DNA from: Balanoglossus misakiensis
Lineage: Eukaryota; Animalia; Hemichordata
Direction of reading: 5' to 3'
Assembly (NCBI GenBank): GCA_040954595.2
Contig: CM082587.2
Location: 11,413,403 to 11,477,402, forward strand
DNA length: 64,000 nt
The position numbers and the translations under genes were made by a program. Below, piece after piece: positions 13,701 to 24,080 of this stretch. The notes under the pieces were generated by a model that did no database searches, was not told where the DNA came from, and was given only the letters and a program-made list of their open reading frames with translations. The number at the start of each line of letters is the position of its first letter. Position 1 is the first letter of the stretch.

Positions 13701-16700
13701 GCACTAATTTCCCTGTTGTGCAGATATACACCACCTAACTCTTTCATGGCAGACTTTGCATCCATATTACCTTCTCTGTAAGCCTCTTTCTGTGCATGTT
13801 CCAAGAGTAAACCCATTTCTCTTTCGGCCTTAGAGATGTATGACACAATGTACACAACACAGGCATATGCATCCACAACAAACTGAATGTCCATATTTGC
13901 ATTCCAGCAACGAAGGAGGTTGGCATTATATGGATTTACCCAAACATCACTTGGTTCACGTTTTAGAACTACACTTGTCTTCTTGGCCAAAATTGCACTT
14001 GCTTGTTCAAACATTTCCTGGGATATGCCAACTGCATTGAACAAATCATCAATAGTGTCAATTTGTTTCTCTTTGTCGCACAGGCATGTCCACACTCGTT
14101 CTAAAATTTGTCTAGCCTTCTTCTGAACCAATGCTGTATCATCCAACTGAGGCAAACTATTTTCAAATTCACTTTCTAGTGATGTAGTGATTTGATCATC
14201 CTTACACTGATCGTCATCTGTTACCTCTATTCCGGTATCTATGGTGACAGAAGGGTGGCATACAAAGGTTTTGTTTGAAGGAGGTCGGGGAAAATTGAAT
14301 CGACAAGTAGTACCCTTTTTCTTGCAAGATTTTGAATGCCTTGAGCTGTGTTTCTGGACTGTTTTCACAATCTCGTGCAGTACCTCATCCTCCTCTATAG
14401 AAGGCATTTCGCATGTTACATATGTGTCAACAAACTCAACAACATCTTCATCAGAATCTTTGTCCACTTTTGGTGCATTTTCAACCCAAAACAAACAGTG
14501 AGTGTGTGGTGATCCACGCTGCTGAAACTCAACTCGATAAAAATAATCTTTGATCTTCCCAATAGGACTAGCTGGTGACATTATTACCTCATTCAAGAAA
14601 CAATGGAATCTATGATCAAACATTCTTGCTGCTGTTACGGGATTTCGTCTCAAGATACCACATTTCTCAGACCAATCGAGATCCTCAGCATAACGTACAT
14701 CACCTTCTTCACGTAGGATAGTTTCAATTACTTCTTTCCATCTTAAGTCAGCAGCAGAAAATGAGCAGAACCATGTCGGTATACCTAACTGTCTGATCAT
14801 TGCAAAAATATCTTTCTGTGTTGATTGCCAATAAGGGGGAGTCCCTCGTACTGGTTTTAAAAACTTGTAGCCTTCATCACACTTCAATATCTCTCTCAAA
14901 GAATCCCCATCAGTCAGAACATCAGATGTCACCTTTTTACCACAGGCGTTGGCAGTTCCTTTTCTCAAAGCAATTGACACATTTGATACAACCTGGTCAA
15001 GTTCTGAACGATATTGTGCGTAAAATATATAGTCTGTGCTTCTGGCAAACCTGTTGCTTGCATTCATGAGACGACTCTGCAGGTATCGTCCTATTGTTAT
15101 CTTAACCTCTCGGTCATCGTGAAATGTTGGTGACCCCGTTGGGAATATCACAGGAAAGCACTTCGCTTCATTGAACTTTTCTATCAACACTCTCACAGGT
15201 TTATTATCCTCACCAGGAGCAACACAAGCGATATCATCAAAGTGATAATCAAGAATATCCTGACCTATGTCAACTGGTTGAAAGCATGTGTCCATTAATA
15301 TTCCATTTGTATCTCTATCAGGTTCATTTCCATCTTCTGTGTCTGCAGATGCTACATCATTGCCTTCAGTATCTGAAGTTTTTTCCTCATTGTTTACATT
15401 ACCTTCACCATCATTTTTTTCTTCAGTCTTTTCAAGAGTACTTTCCCAAGTGAGATTAAATTTCACATCATTATACCACATGTTATTTTTCTGTAGGTAT
15501 TCCAGTGCATTTTGTATGTGCCCTTTGTTTACAAATTGATACTGATAACAACCTTTATAACTTAATTTCCGCTTCAATTTCACCTTTATCATCTGGTCAT
15601 CCAATTCACCTCTAGGCAAAATACTTGTGGTCTTTTCAATATTAGACGGGACACACACAACAGGTCCATGAACACCATTTTGTCCACCTCTTGGTAGTGC
15701 CATCATTTTCATGAAAGGAATATGCAGTGCAATTAAATGTTGCTCTAACGAATTCAGGCATTTTAATTCATTGGGGATTGGTTTGACATCAAGATTGTTT
15801 GCAGAAGCTTGAACAGGCATCTCTGCACGCAAGAGTTTGCTATGGCATGTGTGACAAATCCATAATTTACTGGCTGCACTGCTCTTAAGGGGACAATCAA
15901 CAATACATAATTCACTACAGTTGTGTACATAATCTTGTGTTATGCATTTGTTGGCATTTATTTCACAGAGACCTCCCTTAGAGACATAGTTATCCATCTT
16001 ACAAACAATTACCTGTTTTCTAAAAAGTCGCCGGTGACAAACTGAACATACACAATTTGGCCCAACTGAAGTCTGATTCCTAAAATCAATTATAACATTT
16101 TCTATATTTGCCTTTTCATTTTTATTCACTTTCCTTTCAGTACGCCTTCTCTCCAACACAGTCTCTTTATAATGCTCACACTTTTTGTACCTATCTAAGC
16201 ATTGTCTTTTCTGATATATTTGAAACTGCTGATCCTTCTGGTACTTTTCAAAACATTGTGCTGCACTCTTACACTTCTTGTGTTCTCGGAACTTCTGATC
16301 CTTTTTATACTTGTCAACACAATGTGCTGCACTCTTACACTTCTTGTGTTCTCGGAATTTCTCATCCTTTTTATACTTGTCAACACAGTGTGCTGCACTC
16401 TTACACTTCTTGTGTTCTCGGAATTTCTCATCCTTTTTATACTTGTCAACACAATGTGCTGCACTCTTACACTTCTTGTGTTCTCGGAATTTCTCATCCT
16501 TTTTATACTTGTCAACACAGTGTGCTGCACTCTGACTCTTCTTGTGTTCTCTGTATAGTTGGACATTTTCATATTTTGCTACGCACTGTTCCGCACACAC
16601 AGTTTTCTGTACTTCACAAAATACTTGATCATGTTTGTATCTTCCCGATAATTTACGTTTTTTGTCCTCTCTATAAAGTACATCTTCACGATATCTCTTT

Positions 16701-18091
16701 CTCTTCTCCAATTTCATGTTGTCTCTATATTCAAAATTAGTCTGATAACGTTCATATTCTCTAACTGTTTTACAGGTCCTCACACTAGTGGATACACTTA
16801 ATTCATTAATTTTACCTTTTCTACTTTCATACTTTTCACGCCTTAGTTTCTTTTTCAGCCGTTCACCCATGGCTCTTCCACGTTTCTCACCTCTTACTGG
16901 TGCAAGACACTGAAGTTCATCATGTGTTGCAAATACCTCATCCAAATGGACCTCATTTTTCAATCCAATCTGTTTTGCACAGTCATTGTCTGTCACATCC
17001 ATGCATTCTCCAGTCACAATCTCAACAGGGACATCTACATCGCACTCAATGTGTGTACAGTGACTAGTTTCCAACTGTGGTGTCTTCACACACTCTACAA
17101 CTTCATAATGGTTTCTATTACGATGGTTCAGGTATATACCAACACCTCTATCAACATTGTTTTTATTGATTATATTACAAGAATGTTTCCACCAACTATC
17201 AAAACTGTACACAAAAATATTCACATTGAAGAGATTTGTAGTGGCAAGGATTTCAGTTTCTGTAGCCCATGTGCCTAGATGATCCATTCTGGACTTCTCA
17301 ATATAATCAGCAACTGATGTATATCCATCTAACCTTACCCAGCCTGAATATACTTCCTCATTGGCTTTCAAGTGATTCACAATAGCCATTCGAATAACTC
17401 TGTGATTTTGCTCAGTCCCACTTATACAATATGACAAGGACCTAAAATCACAGTTACCATCACCAATTATTGACTTGTACTTACATGGTTCTCCAATCGT
17501 AACACTTCCAAGTTTATTGAAAATATCAATATCATTTTTATCTACAATGTCAAATTTGCAACACAGCTGTTCACATACATCAAAAGTTAATGGAGAAAAT
17601 GAATAAACGCTGTCCCCTGTTCCACTGCCAATATACAGGTCGTCACTTGAATCATTTTCAACACTTTGATCTCCAGTCTCAAATATGTCATTGTTCACTT
17701 TTGTTCCTTTATTTGCTTTCAAACTGTCACTTTTTCTGATTATGTCAACATCCGTACTCCTGTTTTTTAAGAGGACAGACTCCTCTGTTACAATCTCCGT
17801 ATTCCTGTTTTTTAAGAGGACAGACTCCTCTGTTACAACATCCGTATTCCTGTTTTTAGAGAGGACAGACTCCTCTGTTACTATCTCCGTATTCCTGTTT
17901 TTTAAGAGCACAGACTCCTCTGTTACTATCTCTGTATTCCTGTTTTTTAAGAGGACAGACTCCTCTGTTCCAATATCCGTACTCCTGTTTTTTAAGAGGA
18001 CAGGCTCCTCTCCATCACTCCTGTTCTGAGACAGAACAGGATCTTCTTTCTTCTGACTCCTCTTCTTTCTCCAATATCTACTGCGGGGCAT
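10778..18091 (-). CDS. Helentron RepHel polyprotein: OTU cysteine protease, Cys-rich zinc finger, HUH Rep (Y2), Pif1/SF1B helicase, C-terminal APE-like endonuclease (~2437 aa)
   Basis: Uninterrupted ORF. OTU: GDGNC...W...NHYEVV. Zinc finger: CSVC...WICHTC. Rep: WFCSFS, VEFQQRGSPHTH, YIVSYISK. Pif1: GGAGTGKS, IIDEISM, GDFYQLPPV, QFPLKLAWACTVHKVQGLT, GQAYVALSRV. APE: HNVEGL, LTETW, YRPP, MGDFN, LIDHVY. The ATG at 18091 directly follows a splice acceptor, so it is preferred to the TTG at 18100. Confidence 0.95.
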   Translation of the reverse strand: MPRSRYWRKKRSQKKEDPVLSQNRSDGEEPVLLKNRSTDIGTEESVLLKNRNTEIVTEESVLLKNRNTEIVTEESVLSKNRNTDVVTEESVLLKNRNTEIVTEESVLLKNRSTDVDIIRKSDSLKANKGTKVNNDIFETGDQSVENDSSDDLYIGSGTGDSVYSFSPLTFDVCEQLCCKFDIVDKNDIDIFNKLGSVTIGEPCKYKSIIGDGNCDFRSLSYCISGTEQNHRVIRMAIVNHLKANEEVYSGWVRLDGYTSVADYIEKSRMDHLGTWATETEILATTNLFNVNIFVYSFDSWWKHSCNIINKNNVDRGVGIYLNHRNRNHYEVVECVKTPQLETSHCTHIECDVDVPVEIVTGECMDVTDNDCAKQIGLKNEVHLDEVFATHDELQCLAPVRGEKRGRAMGERLKKKLRREKYESRKGKINELSVSTSVRTCKTVREYERYQTNFEYRDNMKLEKRKRYREDVLYREDKKRKLSGRYKHDQVFCEVQKTVCAEQCVAKYENVQLYREHKKSQSAAHCVDKYKKDEKFREHKKCKSAAHCVDKYKKDEKFREHKKCKSAAHCVDKYKKDEKFREHKKCKSAAHCVDKYKKDQKFREHKKCKSAAQCFEKYQKDQQFQIYQKRQCLDRYKKCEHYKETVLERRRTERKVNKNEKANIENVIIDFRNQTSVGPNCVCSVCHRRLFRKQVIVCKMDNYVSKGGLCEINANKCITQDYVHNCSELCIVDCPLKSSAASKLWICHTCHSKLLRAEMPVQASANNLDVKPIPNELKCLNSLEQHLIALHIPFMKMMALPRGGQNGVHGPVVCVPSNIEKTTSILPRGELDDQMIKVKLKRKLSYKGCYQYQFVNKGHIQNALEYLQKNNMWYNDVKFNLTWESTLEKTEEKNDGEGNVNNEEKTSDTEGNDVASADTEDGNEPDRDTNGILMDTCFQPVDIGQDILDYHFDDIACVAPGEDNKPVRVLIEKFNEAKCFPVIFPTGSPTFHDDREVKITIGRYLQSRLMNASNRFARSTDYIFYAQYRSELDQVVSNVSIALRKGTANACGKKVTSDVLTDGDSLREILKCDEGYKFLKPVRGTPPYWQSTQKDIFAMIRQLGIPTWFCSFSAADLRWKEVIETILREEGDVRYAEDLDWSEKCGILRRNPVTAARMFDHRFHCFLNEVIMSPASPIGKIKDYFYRVEFQQRGSPHTHCLFWVENAPKVDKDSDEDVVEFVDTYVTCEMPSIEEDEVLHEIVKTVQKHSSRHSKSCKKKGTTCRFNFPRPPSNKTFVCHPSVTIDTGIEVTDDDQCKDDQITTSLESEFENSLPQLDDTALVQKKARQILERVWTCLCDKEKQIDTIDDLFNAVGISQEMFEQASAILAKKTSVVLKREPSDVWVNPYNANLLRCWNANMDIQFVVDAYACVVYIVSYISKAEREMGLLLEHAQKEAYREGNMDAKSAMKELGGVYLHNREISAQEAVYRVCGLKLKQSSRKVQFIPTGENQIKMSLPLKAIQKKVNGDDFDEEEIWMNSIVDRYKNRPNGVDFDNMCLATFCSEYRVVSKSEMKNVSNEKRHSPIVKLKNDVGYMQKRSRSDGAVVRYARFSVTKYPEKHYGSILQLFLPYRTELQLKPSGFESYEDFYCLGAVKCGSASLEKVKMIVDANKALFETEAEAIDAAGQFLDDNGHLEDAWAQICPENELERLECIEEGKKCCDNDPVDDSDIPDLVQKPKGEDCHVEISHSMKKYEVEAMCRSLNKKQAEVFYTVRKWCLDKSNGKNPEPFYLFVTGGAGTGKSHLIKAIYHEAKRILARAMPDVDGISIALTAPTGVAAFNVQGTTLHHIFSIAVDSKLPYQPLREEKLNTLRCKFGNLHILIIDEISMVDKKLLYYVHGRLRQIKQSSAQSPFGNVCVIAVGDFYQLPPVKASPLCIDRESVNLWNDNFSMVELTEIMRQKDCAFAEALNRVRVHKKGDTLKDGDVAMFQKCVTGETSEAMHVFATNAEVNSCNVEMLHSQCSDPVCIEAEDFSRNPKSGRLEKKEGHHVKVYRTTLPKTLTLAVGARVQLTHNIDVADGLVNGVFGTVCHIAVKPNEKFPAAIYVVFDNEKVGQGLRKKKPITISDLPVNSTPIEPQEMSVASNGGIRRQFPLKLAWACTVHKVQGLTVEKAVVNLKKMFAPGQAYVALSRVTSLDGLIINDFNTSSIYCNEKVQEALETMPKFLPKCTQREQSNYTCSFVLHNVEGLVNHIKDICNDSEYLEADFICLTETWLSEKGTHCNLQLGGFEFNHKPRSQSYNEFDTNTSSLQLQQRGGVGVYSKLCNDFEILHLAVCNLECISFYVTKINVTVAVVYRPPSYKAEAFKSSFVCLVKAMEKYPGGKLIMGDFNEDILTRSSLVKFMEDHGFRQTVSEPTTEANTLIDHVYVKGVKNVTVNVVPKYFSFHEAISIKIY
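16250..16545 (-). repeat. In-frame 66-bp (22-aa) tandem repeat within RepHel (KYKKDEKFREHKKCKSAAHCVD)
   Basis: CTGCACTC recurs at 16261, 16327, 16393, 16459 and 16525. Confidence 0.9.
17745..18045 (-). repeat. In-frame 45-bp (15-aa) tandem repeat at RepHel N-terminus (EESVLLKNRNTEIVT)
   Basis: About six copies, visible in both DNA and protein. Confidence 0.9.
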
Positions 18092-18365
18092 CTGCAACAA
18101 ACCAAATATACTCTCTGGTTAGGTTGTTACTATCCATTCACCACCAGACTACTGATTACCTTCTCATCAAATCACATCACTAGTGATTATAACCAGTAAA
18201 AAGTAGTGGAACTTTTAACAGACAGAAGTGATTTATAGAAACTAAGTCCGAACAAAGTTGTAATTCAACAGCAACACATAATAAACACATATCCACATGC
18301 CTGTATACAAATAGACACATATACACACAAAGTATCACAGACACTTTTTTTCTGCTGGAAAACAG

Positions 18366-20290
18366 GATAAGGCTTAAATCCTGACCCCTGTATGACCTAA
18401 CTTTCTAGCATTCTAATTAGAATGTGCTCAGACAAATCTCAGATCTGAGTGAAATTTTCTTTAAAAATCATTTCCACTATTTAGCAATATCAAGTCCAAG
18501 TACGATAGGCACGCATGTATGAATTTGCACAGACATAAACAAATACACGGACACCCCAACATCCACCGTGTACAAGCAAATAAGGCTTCAGACCTGACCC
18601 TGAATGACCCGACATTTTCCCATTTACGTTGCAATGTACTCAGCCAAATCTGAATAAAATTTCACTTCAAAATCATTCCCACCAGTTAGCAATATCAAGT
18701 CCAAGTACGATAGGCATACATGTATGAATTTGCACAGACATAAACAAATACACGGACACCCCAACATCCACCAAGTACAACCAAATAAGGCTTCAGACCT
18801 GACCCTGAATGACCCGACATTTTCCCATTTACGTTGCAATGTACTCAGCCAAATCTGAATAAAATTTCACTTCAAAATCATTTCCACCAATTAGCTATAT
18901 CAAGTCCAAGTACGATAGGCATACATGTATGAATTTGCACAACATACACAAATACACGGACACCCCAACATCCACCAAGTACAACCACATAAGGCTTCAG
19001 ACCTGACCTTGAATGACCCAACATTTTCCCATTTACGTTGCAATGTACTCAGCCAAATCTGAAAAAAAATTCACTTCAAAACCATTTCCACCAGTCAGCA
19101 ATATCAAGTCCAAGTACGATAGGCATACATGTATGAATTTGCACAGACATACACAAATACACGGACACCCCAACATCCACCGTGTACAACCAAATAAGGC
19201 TTCAGACCTGACCCTGAATGACCCGACATTTTCCCATTTACGTTGCAATGTACTCAGCCAAATCTGAATAAAATTTCACTACAAAACCATTTCCACCAGT
19301 TAGCAATATCAAGTCCAAGTACAATGAGAGGCATACATGTATGAATTTGCACAGACATACACAAATACACGGACACCCCAACATCTACCGTGTACAACCA
19401 AATAAGGCTTCAGACCTGACCCTGTATGACCCAACATTTTCCCATTTACATTGCAATGTACTCAGCCAAATCTAAAAAAAAATCACTTCAAAACCATTTC
19501 CACCAGTCAGCAATATCAAGTCCAAGTACGATAGGCATACATGTATGAATTTGCACAACATACACAAATACACGGACACCCCAACATCTACCGTGTACAA
19601 CCAAATAAGGCTTCAGACCTGACCCTGAATGACCCGACATTTTCCCATTTACGTTGCAATGTACTCAGCCAAATCTGAATAAAATTTCACTTCAAAATCA
19701 TTTCCACCAGTTAGCAATATCAAGTCCAAGTACGATAGGCATACATGTATGAATTTGCACAGACATAAACAAATACACGGACACCCCAACATCCACCGTG
19801 TACAAGCAAATAAGGCTTCAGACCTGACCCTGAATGACCCGACATTTTCCCATAATTATGTTGCAATGTACTCAGCCATATCTGAATAAAATTTCACTAC
19901 AAAACCATTTCCACCAGTTAGCAATATCAAGTCCAAGTACAATGAGAGGCATACATGTATGAATTTGCACAGACATACACAAATACACGGACACCCCAAC
20001 ATCTACCGTGTACAACCAAATAAGGCTTCAGACCTGACCCTGAATGACCCGACATTTTCCCATTTACGCTGCAATGTACTCAGCCAAATCTGAATAAAAT
20101 TTCACTTCAAAACCATTTCCACCAGTCAGCAATATCAAGTCCAAGTACAATGACAAGCATACATGTATGCATTCATAGAGACACACAGACGGACAAATAC
20201 AGACACAGTATTCACTGACACCGCATTTCCCTCCTGAAGAACCTGACAAGGCTTGAATCCTGACCCCTGTATGACCTTACATCCTGGCAT
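18366..20290. repeat. ~205-bp tandem array inside the Helentron (8 well-conserved copies plus degenerate edge copies)
   Basis: GACACCCCAACATC recurs at 18550, 18755, 18959, 19164, 19372, 19575, 19780 and 19990. Confidence 0.92.
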
Positions 20291-20789
20291 TTTTATTATG
20301 TACTCATGCAAATCACAAAAGATTTTTTTAGACCTGATTTACACTTAGCAATTTAATATACAAGTTCAATAACAAGGCAGAGATATCAAGAAACATACAT
20401 CATACCAATGTTTTATTGAAGCCACTGTTGTAAGTAATGGCACTATCCAATGGTCTTAACACCACATAGCACAATGATTGTTTTGCACATACAAGTCCCT
20501 TCCTTTCTGATGTATTCAATAAACACCATTTCTATGAACTATTACAATATGTTTTCTTCCATCACCCCTGAATAACAAATGCAAAGAAATGGGCTAGTGC
20601 TTTAACATGTTAACAGACGGTGCATGGAAGTGGACAATCATCCTATCTGATATTAAACCACAGTGTGACTGATAGTAGAACTAAGCAATTCCTCCGCAAA
20701 TGATTTAAAAGGCTAATTCACATTTGACACAATGCACACCTGAGTGTGTTAATCTATGATACTATGCACTGTTGTGCACCAACACTTAC

Positions 20790-20815
20790 CTTGAAAACTC
20801 TTTGGTAGCCAAAAT
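20790..20815 (-). other. Putative 26-nt non-coding 5'UTR mini-exon of the RepHel gene
   Basis: Minus strand reads ttttttttattttcttgacAG|ATTTTGGCTACCAAAGAGTTTTCAAG|GTAAGT. Upstream donor CCG|GTGAGT at 21995. Downstream acceptor with CTAAC branch point just before the ATG at 18091. Confidence 0.5.
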
Positions 20816-22339
20816 CTGTCAAGAAAATAAAAAAAAACTGTTTAATTAACTAATTAACTATAAATTTATATTTAAACTAGTACATGAAAATATACAATTG
20901 CCTACAAACAGGATAACAATTAACAATGAATTCACTGCCAAGCTTGTTATATTCAGAAATTCATATCTTGATCACAGTTTCCATACAAATGGCACATACA
21001 GGTTACCATAGATTGATAACGTAAATGGTCTTGCCCACAACATGGTTTCATGGCATCAAAATATGTTAACAAGTCAACTGTTCTTTTCATGCTCCTGCCA
21101 GATTCCATTGTCTATGTTTTGGCACACCTGTCACCACCAGAAAGCATACACACTAAAGACAGTGGTCACCAAAAATATTTGGCCATTTCTCCGCTTGTCC
21201 CCACATTTTTACAAACAACTAAAACGTCGAATAATCCAGCAATGTTTCTGTTTTGTATTCACACAGATCGTTCAATATTTGAAGCAAAATTCCTTTCAAT
21301 TATCAAAAACAAATCGATTTAACTGATAAAAATTACAATGATAACCCCTGGGCTTTTGATCACATAAACATACAATATTCACAGAAATAAATGCAGTATT
21401 TACGTATTTGGAAAAGCCAATCCATAAATACCACACAGTACATTTTTTTTTACAAATACACATCTCAGAAATAATATTTCACCAACGCTTGTACGTAACA
21501 TACGCATGACACACCGACCGCCCGAATTCAGCACTTCTGGTCACGAGATTCGCTTGCCTAAACCCTTTCCAGTCTAAATAATCATTGGTACATTGACTGC
21601 AAAAATAAGCTTATCTCGTAATTTCAACTTGAATGGAACGCACTAGAAACTCTGATTTACCCAGCCTCTATTTGTTCTATTTAATCCAGCAAACTCCACC
21701 ATCTCAACAAATATAAAATTTGCCAAAACATGCATGCTTACGGTACCATGGATTCTATATATACAATAAGCAATCTCCACATGTTACGATAGCCGCCATA
21801 TTGGAATTCGCTCGAGACGAAAATACAAAACATCTTACAAAACTGCCATCGTCTCACAAACAAACAAAATCACACTACCATTGGTTAAAAAACAACTTCA
21901 TAACCAACACCACCAAGTATTATACGTTCAAACCACCGATTCTCTCATTCGTACCACATTTAAAAACTACATGTGATTGTATACGTGTTACTCACCGGAT
22001 TCTGCTCAACGCCTCTGCTGGAGTCAGATTCGTTTTCGGATTCAAGTGCGTAGGATGAAGTTGCTTTCAGATTCATACCCCATAGACGTGTTGGGTTAAC
22101 ACTCCGTTTATAGAGCTCAATATATCTATACCTGTTGAATCCTCTTCACAGTTAACGAATGTAATATAAAGATCTGTTCACTTAAATAAAGATATGTTTA
22201 TAGCCAAACAAATACCTCTGTCAAAACTTTCACTGATTCAGATGAAAATTTTCAACTATTTACAACCAATCCACACATCACTAGTGACTAATTAACCAAT
22301 CACATAATGTGTCCATTCTAACTTTGTATTTCGCCCTGA

Positions 22340-22396
22340 ACTACCTGCACGCCAAATTTGAAGTCAATCTGACTTCAAATTTGGCGTGCAGCTAGT
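22340..22396. repeat. Fold-back palindrome, 22-bp perfect stem with 3-nt loop
   Basis: CTGCACGCCAAATTTGAAGTCA-atc-TGACTTCAAATTTGGCGTGCAG (22345-22391). Confidence 0.9.
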
Positions 22397-22860
22397 CTAC
22401 CTTCTGCCCATCATTTTTGCAATTGGACATTATGCTGTCAAAGTTCCAGTTTTTTTGCCACAATTTTTTCCAAGTTTGCCAAGAACATTGCGATTGGTCG
22501 AAGATTATGGCAGCCATATTGGATTTTCGAAAAACCATAGTTAAACTCCAAAAATCTTATTCTCCAGAACGGTCGATGACTGAGTCGCAAGATTCGGGGA
22601 GTATGGTCACTACACTGATGTCTATCAAGTTTGTAAAGAGCATTGTGATTGGTCGAAGATTATGGCGGCCATATTGGATTTTGTAAAAAGCAGTGAAAAA
22701 TTGAAATTCCTTTTTCTAGTCTAAAAATTGATAGCACACAAATTCTTTTATTGGATATCAATCGTCATGTGACTAAAATATGTTACAATTTTTTGGAGAT
22801 TTTTCACATGACCTTTGACCTACTTATCACGCGTTATTATTTTAGCATATCTAATTCCAG

Positions 22861-23931
22861 GTCAGATCGACTTCAAATTTGGCATGCAGGTAGACTACCT
22901 TCTACCCATCATTTTTGTAATTGGAAATTTTGCTGTCAATGTTGCAGTTTTTTTGCTACAATTTTTTTTCTGAAATCTGGCTTAAATTTCAAAAATCTTC
23001 TTCTCCAGAACCGGTGATAACTGAGACACGGGGTTTGGGGTATGTGGTCACCTAACTGATGTCTATCAAGTTTGCGAAGATCATTGTGATTGGTCGAAGA
23101 TTATGGCGGCCATATTGGATTTTCGAAAAACCATAGTTAAACTGCAAAAATCTTATTCTCCAGAACGGGCGATGACTGAGTCGCAAGATTCGGGGAGTAT
23201 GGTCACTACACTGATGTCTATCAAGTTTGCAAAGAGCATTGTGATTGGTCGAAGATTATGGCGGCCATATTGGATTTTGTAAAAAGCAGTGAAAAATTGA
23301 AATTCCTTTTTCTAGTCTAAAAATTGATAGCATACAAATTCTTTTTATGGATATCAATCGTCATGTGACTAAAATGTGCTACAATTTTTTGGCGATTTTT
23401 CACATGACCTTTGACCTACTTATCACGCGTTATTATTTCTGCATATCTAATTCCAGGCTAACCTGTAGGGCTAGACGTTTGGTTTTTGATGAATGTGGAT
23501 TAGTGTGTGATCAAAATATTTTGCTACTTTTCATGACCCCTTTGACCTCTGCTGACCTCATTTATAATGTGCATAGCTAATTACAGGCGAACCAATAGAG
23601 CTAGAGGTTTGGTTTTTGTTGGACATGGACCAGAATGGGATCAAAATTTTTTGCCCAAATGTTGCGTGACCTCTGGTGACCTTTGACCTACTTTCGCATA
23701 TCTCAGCATCCAGAGCAGATACAGCCATGGCATTTGGTAGGATGGGACCAAAATGTAAAGCCACATTTTTGGGTCACCTGTGACACCTGCTGACCTCATT
23801 AAATATGCACATACCTAATTACACGCAAACCAATAGAGCTAGAGTTTCGGTTTTTGTTGGACATGGACCAGTATGGGTAAAAAAAAAATTACCCAAATGT
23901 TGGGTGACCTCAGGTGACCTTTGACCTACTT
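22861..23931 (+). repeat. Right copy of ~1.07-kb direct terminal repeat of the Helentron (preceded by a partial deleted copy 22370-22860)
   Basis: Colinear with 5267-6338. Confidence 0.8.
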
Positions 23932-24080
23932 CATCCTATTTCAGCAGCAAAAATACACACATCCTTGTTATGTCATGAGATAATACATCCGATAGAAAAT
24001 TCTGTTTCTTCTCATTCATACTGTGCATATATAATTCAAGATCAGCGCTTGGGCCCGACAATGCTGCTTGCAGCTTTAAT

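Larger units (their letters stand above)
4999..24080. mobile_element. Autonomous Helentron (Helitron2/HLE2-type rolling-circle transposon), ~19.1 kb
   Basis: Left hairpin 4999-5012/5019-5032 followed by a CTTT tract. Right subTIR 24045-24056, mini-hairpin 24063-24074 and TTTAAT. The flanks rejoin into the LINE sequence seen at 37160-37190 (T6 target, no TSD). Contains the RepHel-endonuclease ORF. Confidence 0.92.

Noticed and set aside
16108-18029. Hydrophobic or repetitive ORFs overlapping RepHel on other frames/strand
   Set aside because: Shadows of the in-frame 66-bp and 45-bp repeats.
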